This document shows, piece after piece, positions 1-8,814 of a stretch of 64,000 nucleotides of DNA; position 1 is the stretch's first letter; each line of letters begins with the position of its first letter. The translations under genes were made by a program, and so were the position numbers. Under the pieces are notes generated by a model. That model did no database searches and was not told where the DNA came from. It worked only from the letters and a program-made list of their open reading frames with translations. The stretch is from a virus (taxonomy: Duplodnaviria > Caudoviricetes): positions 53,598 through 117,597 of IMG/VR virus record IMGVR_UViG_3300040856_002888; one strand, written 5' to 3'.

Positions 1-469
1 GGTTGATCGCATTACAGCATGGATGGAAGATACTGCAGAAATGCAAACAGAATCTATGCTAGAACTAGGTGATGCTATCCGCGACGAATTGGGCCAAGAA
101 CAATCACAAACATTTATCGATTCTGTAAAACCAGCACTTGAGGCACTATATCAAGCACTTGAAAGCACAAGAGGCACACTAACACAAGGTGTAACCATGT
201 TAACAGGCGAAGAAATGCCTGCTCCAATGGGTGCAGAACCAGGAATGGAAGAACCAGGAATGGAAGAACCAGGAATGGAGCCTACTGTTGATGCTGAAGC
301 AGAGATGGGCGACGAGTTTGCTGCAGCCGAACCATCCGCAGGCGGAATGGAAGAAACAGGCAGAGAACAAAGAGAATCAATCCGCAGGGAATTCCGAAAA
401 GCTAGAATTATTGAAAGACAAAATTTATCAAGATCTCTAGGCCAAATCCTTAGCTCAAAAAAAAACTAA
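1..469 (+). CDS. Acidic phage protein, 5'-partial (frame open from window start); possibly scaffold/assembly-like; ends at a slippery site
   Basis: No stop upstream of ATG 23 in this frame; E/M/P-rich low-complexity tail; ends SSKKN*. Confidence 0.6.
   Translation, partial: VDRITAWMEDTAEMQTESMLELGDAIRDELGQEQSQTFIDSVKPALEALYQALESTRGTLTQGVTMLTGEEMPAPMGAEPGMEEPGMEEPGMEPTVDAEAEMGDEFAAAEPSAGGMEETGREQRESIRREFRKARIIERQNLSRSLGQILSSKKN
236..280 (+). repeat. 3 x 15-nt in-frame tandem repeat (GAACCAGGAATGGAR) encoding EPGME
   Basis: Seen directly at 236, 251 and 266. Confidence 0.9.
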
Positions 470-528
470 GTATTACTGAAGACTTGGACCATTCTAAAAA
501 GTTAGTCCAAGTCCTTCGCACAGTAATA
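457..528 (+). promoter_or_regulatory. Candidate -1 recoding signal: A9 run / A_AAA_AAC heptamer plus downstream long hairpin
   Basis: A9 at 457-465; TATTACTG(471-478)/CAGTAATA(521-528) and GACTTGGAC(481-489)/GTCCAAGTC(505-513) are perfect inverted repeats. Confidence 0.65.
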
Positions 529-855
529 GCAACAGCCGATAAGGATAATGTTGCATTATTCTTACACTTTAATACCCCTCCAAAAAAAGAAGATATGAAA
601 CAAGATGCAATGAATCTTGACCTTAATAAACTCATGCAAAATGTCGAAGGAGAACAGTTTGATTATGGTAGTTTTAAGGCTGCATATGATACTGATCCTA
701 GAATCAAAACTATGGTAAACAATTTTAATCAAACAGGAATTGAACCTAAAACAGCAAATACTATATCAGATCAACCTGAACAAGGAGATGCTGGAGGCGA
801 CGAAGTTGCACAAATGGCAAAATCAGCAACCGATTTAGGAGACCAGTTGACATAA
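484..855 (+). CDS. Hypothetical protein; probably the -1 frame extension of the upstream ORF
   Basis: TTG start buried in a hairpin with no clear SD; frame open from 454. Confidence 0.6.
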   Translation: MDHSKKLVQVLRTVIATADKDNVALFLHFNTPPKKEDMKQDAMNLDLNKLMQNVEGEQFDYGSFKAAYDTDPRIKTMVNNFNQTGIEPKTANTISDQPEQGDAGGDEVAQMAKSATDLGDQLT

Positions 856-875
856 ACTTAAATTAACGTTACAAT
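847..875 (+). promoter_or_regulatory. sigma70-type promoter
   Basis: TTGACA-17 nt-TACAAT upstream of the NifU-like gene. Confidence 0.7.
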
Positions 876-893
876 TAAAAATTAAAAGGTTTT

Positions 894-1223
894 ATGACTG
901 AAAGAACAAACGAAGAAATAGTTACCGCAATTAAGGAAGCATTAGAAGATTATGTACAACCAGCAGTGGCAGAACATGGCGGACATATAGACTTTGTAAG
1001 CTTTGATAACGGCACTGTTGAATTAATGCTTAGTGGAGCATGTAGTGGTTGTGCAGGCAGCATGTACACATTGAAGCAGGGTGTAGAAGGTATGTTAATG
1101 CATTTTGTACCCGAAGTTACTAATATTATTGCTCAAGATGATCCAAACAGCTCTGTTGATCCTTTCTATCAACACGATCCATTTATGTATCAAGATTATT
1201 ATTTTAATGAAGAGGATGAATGA
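894..1223 (+). CDS. NifU C-terminal domain (Nfu-type) Fe-S carrier
   Basis: VQPAVAEHGGHI...LSGACSGC (CxxC)...TLKQGVE motif. Confidence 0.9.
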   Translation: MTERTNEEIVTAIKEALEDYVQPAVAEHGGHIDFVSFDNGTVELMLSGACSGCAGSMYTLKQGVEGMLMHFVPEVTNIIAQDDPNSSVDPFYQHDPFMYQDYYFNEEDE

Positions 1224-1903
1224 CTCTTCTTGTTAAGAAATTCAATTATGCTTCTATATCTAGAAAACAAGTTAATGGTAAAAGATTATACCTTACGCCA
1301 GACGGTAATGCTGTAGCTAGTGTGACTACAATATTAAATAAGACGAAAGATAATACGCATCTTTTCGAATGGAAAAAAAGGGTAGGCGAACAGAAAGCTC
1401 AAGAGATAACAACAGAAGCAGCCGGTGTAGGCACAAGGATGCACAAATATTTAGAAGATTATATAGAAACAGGATTCTGGCCAGAGGCTGGTAGTAACCC
1501 TTACGCATCTCAAGCAAATAAGATGGCTCAAATTATTAGAGAAAATGCATTTTCCTACATAGATGAAATTATAGGGTCAGAAATTAATTTATGGATGCCT
1601 AATCTATATGCAGGAACAACAGATTTAGTTTGTACTTATAAAAGTAATCTTTGTATTTGTGATTTTAAACAAACTAACAAACCTAAAAAAGAAGAATGGG
1701 TAGATGATTATTATCTACAACTTGTTGCATATATAGAAGCTCATAATGAACTATACAAAACTTCAATAAACGAAGGACATATCTTTATGTGTAGTCGTGA
1801 TTTACAATATCAGCAGTTTGACTTATTACCTAAAGACTATTCCTATTGGAAAAATGAATGGTATAATCGATTATATGCCTATTATGAATCTACTATTAGC
1901 TGA
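1220..1903 (+). CDS. PD-(D/E)XK exonuclease (phage Cas4-like/exonuclease family)
   Basis: SVTTIL, GTRMH, AGTTD, ICDFKQ, YYLQLVAY motifs. Confidence 0.85.
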   Translation: MTLLVKKFNYASISRKQVNGKRLYLTPDGNAVASVTTILNKTKDNTHLFEWKKRVGEQKAQEITTEAAGVGTRMHKYLEDYIETGFWPEAGSNPYASQANKMAQIIRENAFSYIDEIIGSEINLWMPNLYAGTTDLVCTYKSNLCICDFKQTNKPKKEEWVDDYYLQLVAYIEAHNELYKTSINEGHIFMCSRDLQYQQFDLLPKDYSYWKNEWYNRLYAYYESTIS

Positions 1904-1909
1904 TAAATA
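1904..1909 (+). promoter_or_regulatory. T4-like late promoter motif TAAATA (recurs at 9127, 13452, 14789, 16039, 17999, 18525, 20107, 26073, 43265, 53007, 57030, 58786)
   Basis: Motif sits repeatedly at gene junctions just upstream of starts; the full T4 consensus TATAAATA occurs at 16037-16044. Confidence 0.6.
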
Positions 1910-1933
1910 TTAGTTATAAACAAGGAGAGGTAA

Positions 1934-3604
1934 GTGGCAATAGTTCAAATCAGTAGGATACAAATTAGAAGAGGCCAAAAAAATCAAAATGAAGGATTAC
2001 CACAACTTGCAAGTGGAGAGCTTGCCTGGGCAATTGATAGTCAAGAATTATATATAGGCAATGGTAGTTTAAGTGAAGGCGCTCCGTTTGTAGGTAATAC
2101 AAAAGTTTTAACACAATCTGATGATTTATTTGAGCTTGCTGCAACTTACATTTACAAAAAAGGATCAACACAAACAGGCGATGCGTCATCTAGTCCTGTT
2201 GCAAGGACGTTACAAGATAGATTAGATGATATGGTCAGCATCCGTGCGTTTGGTGCAACCGGTGATTTTGATCAAGATGCTACCCCGATAATTCAAAGAG
2301 CTATTGACCAACTTTATCTTACAGCGGCAGGAAGTGTAGAAGCTGGAAGAATAACAATAAATTTTGAACCTGGACATTACAAAATTCATAGTACTATTTT
2401 TATTCCTCCGTTTACTACACTCGTAGGAGCAGGTCCTGAAAAAACGGTTATAGAACTGGTTGATCCTGCAGGCACAGAGATACCAATATTTAAAACTGTA
2501 AACGGATTAAGCGAAATTAATCAGCCATCTCATGACAGTGCAACTGATTATGGAAATGCACCGAGAGAAATTTTAATTAAAGGCTTTACGATCAAACATT
2601 CCGTTGATGATATTGGTTTACATCTTGCCAGTTGTAGAGATAGTATTTTTGAGAACCTGCATATTATTGGACCGTGGAATATTGGACAACAAATTAAAAC
2701 CACTAATCCAATTGGTATATCTGTAGGAGTTGGCATTGTTTTTGATTCATTAAGCCCTGCAGTAAGATCAACAAATAATAAATTTAACAATTGTAAAATT
2801 AGTGGATGGTCTTATGGAATATCAGCAAATCAAGAAGTAAACAATAATATAATTGAAAATACCACTTTTCAAACATTAGGGCAAGGTGTGGATTTTGGGT
2901 CATGGGTTGTTAACAATGAACATCCAAAAAATAATATTATTAAATACTCTAAGTTCCAAGATATCCAATATGAAGCTATTAAAATAATCCAAGGCAGCTT
3001 TAACAGCAGCCAATATAATCATTTCCGTGATGTAGGTAACGACGGAGGATCAGAATTTCAGGCTTTAAGAAGCATTATTAAATTTGAGTCTATTTCAAAT
3101 CAGACTTTAGGCGATTATTTTTATAGAACTGATATGCTTTCACAAGAAAATTTCCGTGTATCAAGTCGTCCTTATGTGCCAGAGGTCAGTGGAGCCACAC
3201 ACCATATTGATAATGCCCTTAGACGAATAACCATCATTCCTGCCACAGAAGAAAGAGATATTTTAAAATTACCTGGAGGTCAGGATCAAGCCTATATAAT
3301 TAAATACTATCTCTTTAATGCACTGGATAGTTTTCATAGAGTAGGAACTATAACCATTTTATGTGATACCACCGGCGGACTAGTGGCTAATCTTACCGAT
3401 GAATACGAACACATTGGCACAGGAAATTTCAACGAAGGTGATGCTTATATATCACGAGATATAACATTCTATAGTGAGTTTGTTAATGATGGTAGCGAAG
3501 AAGCTCCTGTTTATAGTGTTTATTTAAAATCAAAAACTGGTAATCAGGTTCAAAATGCAAGTGAATTTCGATATACAATAGAAACTCGTAGATTTACTTA
3601 TTAA
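1934..3604 (+). CDS. Virion structural/tail protein with pectin-lyase-like beta-helix
   Basis: N-terminal IQIRRG..LPQLASGELAW motif; VSIRAFGATGD..DAT..IQRAI beta-helix start; late motif upstream. Confidence 0.7.
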   Translation: MAIVQISRIQIRRGQKNQNEGLPQLASGELAWAIDSQELYIGNGSLSEGAPFVGNTKVLTQSDDLFELAATYIYKKGSTQTGDASSSPVARTLQDRLDDMVSIRAFGATGDFDQDATPIIQRAIDQLYLTAAGSVEAGRITINFEPGHYKIHSTIFIPPFTTLVGAGPEKTVIELVDPAGTEIPIFKTVNGLSEINQPSHDSATDYGNAPREILIKGFTIKHSVDDIGLHLASCRDSIFENLHIIGPWNIGQQIKTTNPIGISVGVGIVFDSLSPAVRSTNNKFNNCKISGWSYGISANQEVNNNIIENTTFQTLGQGVDFGSWVVNNEHPKNNIIKYSKFQDIQYEAIKIIQGSFNSSQYNHFRDVGNDGGSEFQALRSIIKFESISNQTLGDYFYRTDMLSQENFRVSSRPYVPEVSGATHHIDNALRRITIIPATEERDILKLPGGQDQAYIIKYYLFNALDSFHRVGTITILCDTTGGLVANLTDEYEHIGTGNFNEGDAYISRDITFYSEFVNDGSEEAPVYSVYLKSKTGNQVQNASEFRYTIETRRFTY

Positions 3605-4011
3605 TGTTCACCGAAAAAACATTCGAAGAGAGAATGGCTTCTTGGAGCCTTTATAGAAACTCTCTTGAGCTAGTTGAAAATCCTAGTGAGTTAGCTTTTA
3701 AAGATTTTTCTAAAATAACACTGCATACTTTACAATTTGATCCTTGGAACGAAAACACCTGGCCAGATCCTTGGACATTAATAGATAAAAATAAATATTG
3801 TGCTTTTAGTCAAATCTTGTTTTTGTGCTATACCCTGCAGCTAATTAAACAATATACACAAAAAAAATTCTCTATTGTAATATATCAAAATCATGATACA
3901 CACTCTATTGAATTTGCTTTCATGATCGACACTATTTATTATTTTGATCCAACAAAAAATACAAACAATCGAACAATATTAAATATAAAAAACATACCAC
4001 TAGTACACTGA
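3604..4011 (+). CDS. Hypothetical phage protein
   Basis: ORF coupled to neighbours; DPW..TWPDPWTLI motif. Confidence 0.6.
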   Translation: MFTEKTFEERMASWSLYRNSLELVENPSELAFKDFSKITLHTLQFDPWNENTWPDPWTLIDKNKYCAFSQILFLCYTLQLIKQYTQKKFSIVIYQNHDTHSIEFAFMIDTIYYFDPTKNTNNRTILNIKNIPLVH

Positions 4012-4018
4012 GGAAAAA

Positions 4019-6319
4019 ATGAAAACAGAGATACAAATTGTCAAAAGAAAAGGATACAAAGAAAATTTAAACATTGATAAGATACATAAAGTTGTTGAGT
4101 TTGCGTGTGAAGGATTAGCTGGTGTAAGTAGCAGTCAAATAGAAATGAACGCTAATCTACAGTTTTATGATGGTATGACAACAAAAGAAATACAAGAAAT
4201 CCTTGTACGTAGTGCAGACGATTTGATATCACTTGATCATCCAAATTACCAATATGCAGCAGCAAGACTACTTCTTTACGGTATGTACAAAGAATTGTTT
4301 GGATCGTATGATGTTATTCCTTTGTATGACATTGTAAAAAATAATGTAGAAAGAGGTGTGTATGACAAGGATATCTTCCTTTATTACACAGAGGAAGAAT
4401 TTAGCAAGTTAAACTCTTATATTAATCATAAAAGGGATGAAAATTTTACTTACGCAGGACTACGACAAATTGCTGACAAATATCTCTGTCAAGACCGGTC
4501 AACAGGTATTATCTTTGAATCTCCACAATACATGTATATGCTAATTGCTGCGACACTTTTTGCAAAATATCCGCCCGAGACTCGCATGCACTATATAAAA
4601 CGTTATTATGATGCGTTGTCATTATTTAAAATCAACATACCTACTCCGGTAATGGCTGGTGTTAGGACGCCAGTTCGACAATTTGCAAGTTGTGTGCTTG
4701 TTGATAGTGACGATACCCTCGACAGTATTTTTTCAAGTGATATGGCAATTGGAAAATATATTGCACAGAGAGCAGGAATTGGTATTAACGCCGGTAGAAT
4801 TCGTGGCGTTAACAGCAAGATCAGAGGTGGCGAAGTTGCACATACTGGCGTCGTGCCTTTTCTAAAAAAGTTTGAAGCCACTGTAAGATGTTGTACACAA
4901 AATGGTGTGCGTGGAGGTAGTGCAACAGTGCATTTTCCTTTGTGGCATCAAGAAATTGAAGACATTTTGGTCTTGAAAAATAATAAGGGCACAGAGGATA
5001 ACAGGGTTAGAAAGTTAGATTATTCTATCCAGCTTAACAAAACAATGTATGAAAGACTATTAGCTGGAGAACATATAACACTATTTTCTCCGCATGATGT
5101 TCCGGATTTGTATGATGCATATTTTAATGATACAGAACAGTTTAAAGAACTTTACGAAAAGTACGAAAGAGCAACCAGTATCAAAAAGAAAAAGATCGAT
5201 GCAATGGATCTGTTTAGTGCGCTGATTAAGGAAAGAGCAGAAACTGGTAGAATTTATATAATGAATGTAGATCACTGTAATACCCACAGCAGTTTTACTG
5301 ACACCGTTTACATGTCAAATCTATGCCAAGAGATTACGTTACCCACTAAACCACTGCAGCATATTGATGACTGCGATGGCGAAATAGCATTGTGTATACT
5401 CAGTGCAATTAACGTTGGCATAATTAAAGATCTTGGCGATTTAGAAGAACTGTGCGATTTAGCTGTAAGAGGCTTAGAAGAAATTATTGATTATCAAAAG
5501 TATCCTGTAAAAGCAGCAGAAATTGGAACAAAGGCACGTCGGTCATTAGGTATAGGTTATATTGGACTTGCACATTATCTAGCAAAAAATAAAATGAGTT
5601 ATAGTGATCCAAATGCTGCTGTCCTAGTGCATGATTTAACTGAGGCATTCCAATACTATCTTTTAAAGGCAAGTAATAGGATTGCACAGGAAAAAGGTGT
5701 GTGTGATGGTTACAAGAAAACAAAATATGCAAAAGGCCTATTACCAATTGATACTTACAAGAATGATGTAGATACTATTGTTCCAAATCAACTAAAAATG
5801 GACTGGGACGATTTACGTAAACAAATAGAAATCTGGGGATTACGACATAGTACATTATCAGCACAAATGCCTAGCGAAAGCAGCTCTGTGGTTTCAAATG
5901 CAACAAATGGTATTGAACCTCCAAGAGGGTTTTTATCAGTTAAGAAAAGTAAAAAAGGACCATTAAAACAAATAGTTCCGCAGTATCAAAGTTTAAAAGC
6001 ATATTACACATTACTGTGGGATATGCCAGACAACCAAGGATATATAAATATCGTAGCAGTGATGCAAAAATTCTTTGATCAGGCAATCAGTGGAAATTGG
6101 AGTTACAATCCTACACATTATCCTAATAACGAAGTACCAATGAGCGTTATGATCAAAGATTTAATTACAACCTACAAGCTCGGATGGAAAACAAGTTATT
6201 ATCAGAATACATATGATTTTAAAATTGATCCAAATGATGTTGAAGAGAAAGAAGAAGAACAACTAATTGCTCCAAAGTTAGAAATCCCTGGCGAGGAGTG
6301 TGAGGCATGTGCAATTTGA
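4019..6319 (+). CDS. nrdA: Ribonucleotide reductase class Ia alpha subunit
   Basis: N-terminal ATP cone, QFASC, SNLCQE, KTSYY, C-terminal CEAC. Confidence 0.97.
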   Translation: MKTEIQIVKRKGYKENLNIDKIHKVVEFACEGLAGVSSSQIEMNANLQFYDGMTTKEIQEILVRSADDLISLDHPNYQYAAARLLLYGMYKELFGSYDVIPLYDIVKNNVERGVYDKDIFLYYTEEEFSKLNSYINHKRDENFTYAGLRQIADKYLCQDRSTGIIFESPQYMYMLIAATLFAKYPPETRMHYIKRYYDALSLFKINIPTPVMAGVRTPVRQFASCVLVDSDDTLDSIFSSDMAIGKYIAQRAGIGINAGRIRGVNSKIRGGEVAHTGVVPFLKKFEATVRCCTQNGVRGGSATVHFPLWHQEIEDILVLKNNKGTEDNRVRKLDYSIQLNKTMYERLLAGEHITLFSPHDVPDLYDAYFNDTEQFKELYEKYERATSIKKKKIDAMDLFSALIKERAETGRIYIMNVDHCNTHSSFTDTVYMSNLCQEITLPTKPLQHIDDCDGEIALCILSAINVGIIKDLGDLEELCDLAVRGLEEIIDYQKYPVKAAEIGTKARRSLGIGYIGLAHYLAKNKMSYSDPNAAVLVHDLTEAFQYYLLKASNRIAQEKGVCDGYKKTKYAKGLLPIDTYKNDVDTIVPNQLKMDWDDLRKQIEIWGLRHSTLSAQMPSESSSVVSNATNGIEPPRGFLSVKKSKKGPLKQIVPQYQSLKAYYTLLWDMPDNQGYINIVAVMQKFFDQAISGNWSYNPTHYPNNEVPMSVMIKDLITTYKLGWKTSYYQNTYDFKIDPNDVEEKEEEQLIAPKLEIPGEECEACAI

Positions 6320-6329
6320 AAGGAAAAAA

Positions 6330-7430
6330 ATGAAAACTGTTTTTAATAGAGATAAGATCGATTTTAGTAAACAACATATGTTTTTTGGTGCTGACCAAAA
6401 CGTGCAGAGATATGACACTTTTAAATTTCCGCAATTTGATAAATTAAATCAGACGATGTTAGGTTATTTTTGGCGTCCTGAGGAAGTAAGCTTACAAAAA
6501 GATCGTGCAGATTATCAAAATTTCCGATCAGAACAAAAACATATTTTTACTGCTAATTTAAAATATCAGACCCTGCTTGATAGCGTCCAGGGTAGAGGTC
6601 CTTGCCTAGCTTTCCTTCCATATGTATCACTGCCAGAATTAGAAGGATGCATTGTTACATGGGATTTCTTTGAAACCATCCACAGTCGATCTTATACACA
6701 TATTATGAAGAACGTGTATGCGAATCCAGAGGAAGTATTTGATACAATACTAGATGACGATATGATTATTAAACGTGCAAACAGTGTAACAAAGTACTAC
6801 GATGAATTTATGACACTGGCACAACAGTATGCACATGATAAATCAATAGATAAAAAAATCCTAAACAAAAAACTTTTCCTTGCAATGATGACAGTGAACA
6901 TACTTGAGGGGTTGAGATTTTATGTTTCATTTGCATGTACGTTTGGATTTGGCGAATTAAAATTAATGGAAGGATCTGCGAAAATTATATCGTTAATTGC
7001 ACGTGACGAAGCACAGCATTTAGCAATTAGCACACACATTTTAAAATTATGGATGCAAGGCAAAGACGATCCTGCTATGCAACAGGCAGCAAAAGAATGC
7101 GAAGAAGAAGTATATGATATCTGGCGAGAGTGTGTAGGCGAAGAAAAAGCCTGGGCGGAGTATTTATTTAGGGATGGATCGATGATTGGACTAAATAAAA
7201 CGCTGTTAGATCAATATGTAGAATATATTGCTAACAGACGGTTGAAAGCACTTGGATATGAAACAATATTTGAGCAACCTGTAAACACTAATCCTCTGCC
7301 ATGGACAACACATTGGTTAAGCAGTTCAGGTTTACAAGTTGCTCCCCAAGAAACAGAAGTAGAGTCGTATATAATTGGCGGTATTAAACAAGATGTTAAC
7401 AAAGACGTATTAAAAGGATTTTCATTATGA
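6330..7430 (+). CDS. nrdB: Ribonucleotide reductase class Ia beta subunit (start ATG 6330)
   Basis: FWRPEEV, ETIHSRSY, LEGLRFYVSFAC, DEAQH, VAPQETE. Confidence 0.97.
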   Translation: MKTVFNRDKIDFSKQHMFFGADQNVQRYDTFKFPQFDKLNQTMLGYFWRPEEVSLQKDRADYQNFRSEQKHIFTANLKYQTLLDSVQGRGPCLAFLPYVSLPELEGCIVTWDFFETIHSRSYTHIMKNVYANPEEVFDTILDDDMIIKRANSVTKYYDEFMTLAQQYAHDKSIDKKILNKKLFLAMMTVNILEGLRFYVSFACTFGFGELKLMEGSAKIISLIARDEAQHLAISTHILKLWMQGKDDPAMQQAAKECEEEVYDIWRECVGEEKAWAEYLFRDGSMIGLNKTLLDQYVEYIANRRLKALGYETIFEQPVNTNPLPWTTHWLSSSGLQVAPQETEVESYIIGGIKQDVNKDVLKGFSL

Positions 7431-7678
7431 TAGAAATTTTTGGAAAAAGTTCTTGTCCTAAGTGTCACCAAGCAAAAGTTTTCTGTGAAACTAGGAATCT
7501 AGATTACGAGTATAAGCAACTAGACAAAGATTTTACAAGAGAACAAATCTTTGAATGGTTTCCAGGCGCAAAGACTTTTCCACAAATTACCATTGACGGT
7601 AAAAGTGTAGGTGGGTGTGATCAAATGATTACATACGTAGAAACTATGAATTATCAAAACATTATGCACAAAGGATAA
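7427..7678 (+). CDS. Glutaredoxin
   Basis: CPKC, TFPQI, VGG; follows nrdB. Confidence 0.9.
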   Translation: MIEIFGKSSCPKCHQAKVFCETRNLDYEYKQLDKDFTREQIFEWFPGAKTFPQITIDGKSVGGCDQMITYVETMNYQNIMHKG

Positions 7679-7679
7679 A

Positions 7680-7973
7680 ATGTTAATAGAAGCACCTTAT
7701 ACAACAGGTGATGTAATATCGGTTAGACTTTCGTCAGGAGAAGAAATAGTAGGAAAACTACTAGCAGACGACACAAATACAATGAAATTAAAACAGCCAC
7801 TTGCGGCAATGATGTCAGAAAAAGGATTAGCAATGATACCTTTTATGCTGACCGTTGATCCAGAAAAGGATTTAACCGTAAGTAAAAACCAAATAGTAAT
7901 TACTGCAAAAAGTCACAAAGAAGTTGCAGATCATTACTTACAATCAACAACAGGAATAAGTTTAGGAGTATAA
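7680..7973 (+). CDS. Small conserved phage protein (possible Sm-like fold)
   Basis: VRLSSGEEIVG pattern. Confidence 0.55.
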   Translation: MLIEAPYTTGDVISVRLSSGEEIVGKLLADDTNTMKLKQPLAAMMSEKGLAMIPFMLTVDPEKDLTVSKNQIVITAKSHKEVADHYLQSTTGISLGV

Positions 7974-7974
7974 A

Positions 7975-8151
7975 ATGACATTACATGAACAAATAGTACA
8001 TGCCTATACAATGTATATGGCAGAAACAGCTACATTTGATGACAAAGGCGTAAAAGCAGCCGCAGCAAGGGCAAGGAAAGCTCTTGGTGATCTAGGCAAA
8101 TTAACAAAAGATCGCAGGAAAGAAATCCAAGACAAAAAGAATGCGATGTAA
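7975..8151 (+). CDS. Small basic protein, histone-H1-like (Hc1-type) family; not in ORF track
   Basis: SD AGGAG; 58 aa containing KGVKAAAARARKALGDLGKLTKDRRKEIQ. Confidence 0.75.
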   Translation: MTLHEQIVHAYTMYMAETATFDDKGVKAAAARARKALGDLGKLTKDRRKEIQDKKNAM

Positions 8152-8153
8152 TT

Positions 8154-8453
8154 ATGGCAGCAGTAGCAAGGAAAGACGATAAAACATTTGGTGTCTGTTC
8201 TGCACACAGTCCTCCTTTAGCAATAGGAGGAAAAATTACAGGTAGCTCACCGACCACCTATGCAGATGGAATTGCAGTTGGAAGGGTAACTGACACAGTA
8301 ACCGCAGACTGCGGTCATACAGGAAAAATTTCTAGTGGAGCTAGTACTACCTATGCAGATAATTTAGCCGTTGCAAGGACAGGCGATCCTTTCTCTGGAA
8401 CCTATTCTGGTACAATCGTAGACTCTTGCTCACCTACTACTTTTGCTGTTTAG
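8154..8453 (+). CDS. PAAR-domain spike tip protein
   Basis: AAVARKDD, CSAH, CGH, LAVARTGD repeats. Confidence 0.85.
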   Translation: MAAVARKDDKTFGVCSAHSPPLAIGGKITGSSPTTYADGIAVGRVTDTVTADCGHTGKISSGASTTYADNLAVARTGDPFSGTYSGTIVDSCSPTTFAV

Positions 8454-8460
8454 GAGAAAT

Positions 8461-8592
8461 ATGGCACAATTTAAAATACAAAAAAGAACAAGATTTCGTA
8501 AAAGGACTAGTATAGGAAACAGTGGCTATAGCCGTCCCAAGAATAAAGGAATTCGAAGGGCATGGAAAAGATATCGTGGACAAGGCAAATAA
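8461..8592 (+). CDS. 43-aa very basic peptide ending KRYRGQGK; not in ORF track
   Basis: SD AGGAG, ATG 8461, TAA 8590-8592. Confidence 0.7.
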   Translation: MAQFKIQKRTRFRKRTSIGNSGYSRPKNKGIRRAWKRYRGQGK

Positions 8593-8613
8593 ATACTTGA
8601 CAAGGAGAAAATT

Positions 8614-8694
8614 ATGTGTAATAATCCAAACTGTAAATGCAATCCGTGCAACTGCAAAGACTGTAAACCTAATTGCAAAGAGTGCGGCTGCTAA
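8614..8694 (+). CDS. 26-aa Cys-rich metallothionein-like peptide MCNNPNCKCNPCNCKDCKPNCKECGC; not in ORF track
   Basis: SD AAGGAG; 9 Cys in CxC/CxxC spacing; no aromatic residues. Confidence 0.75.
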   Translation: MCNNPNCKCNPCNCKDCKPNCKECGC

Positions 8695-8708
8695 CGTAAG
8701 AGATTAAG

Positions 8709-8813
8709 ATGCGTGACGGTAAAAACTTGGCTATTTGGTTATTGTGCATGTTTATTATATACATATTAATTTGGTCAGCAGAAATTGCTTTACACGTACC
8801 TGATCTAAACTAA
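8709..8813 (+). CDS. 34-aa putative single-pass membrane peptide
   Basis: MRDGKNLAIWLLCMFIIYILIWSAEIALHVPDLN; weak SD. Confidence 0.4.
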   Translation: MRDGKNLAIWLLCMFIIYILIWSAEIALHVPDLN

Positions 8814-8814
8814 T

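Noticed and set aside
236-280. 15-nt tandem repeat as a regulatory element
   Set aside because: It is an in-frame coding repeat (EPGME x3) in a low-complexity linker
1220-1903. Cas4-like nuclease as a sign of CRISPR-Cas
   Set aside because: No repeat-spacer array or other cas genes seen in the window; it lacks the Cas4 Fe-S cysteine set and looks like a common phage exonuclease
4019-7430. Introns or inteins in nrdA/nrdB
   Set aside because: Both ORFs are continuous and of normal class Ia length
8522-8707. 61-aa ORF from the track
   Set aside because: Overlaps two better-supported ORFs with strong SDs (8461-8592 and 8614-8694)
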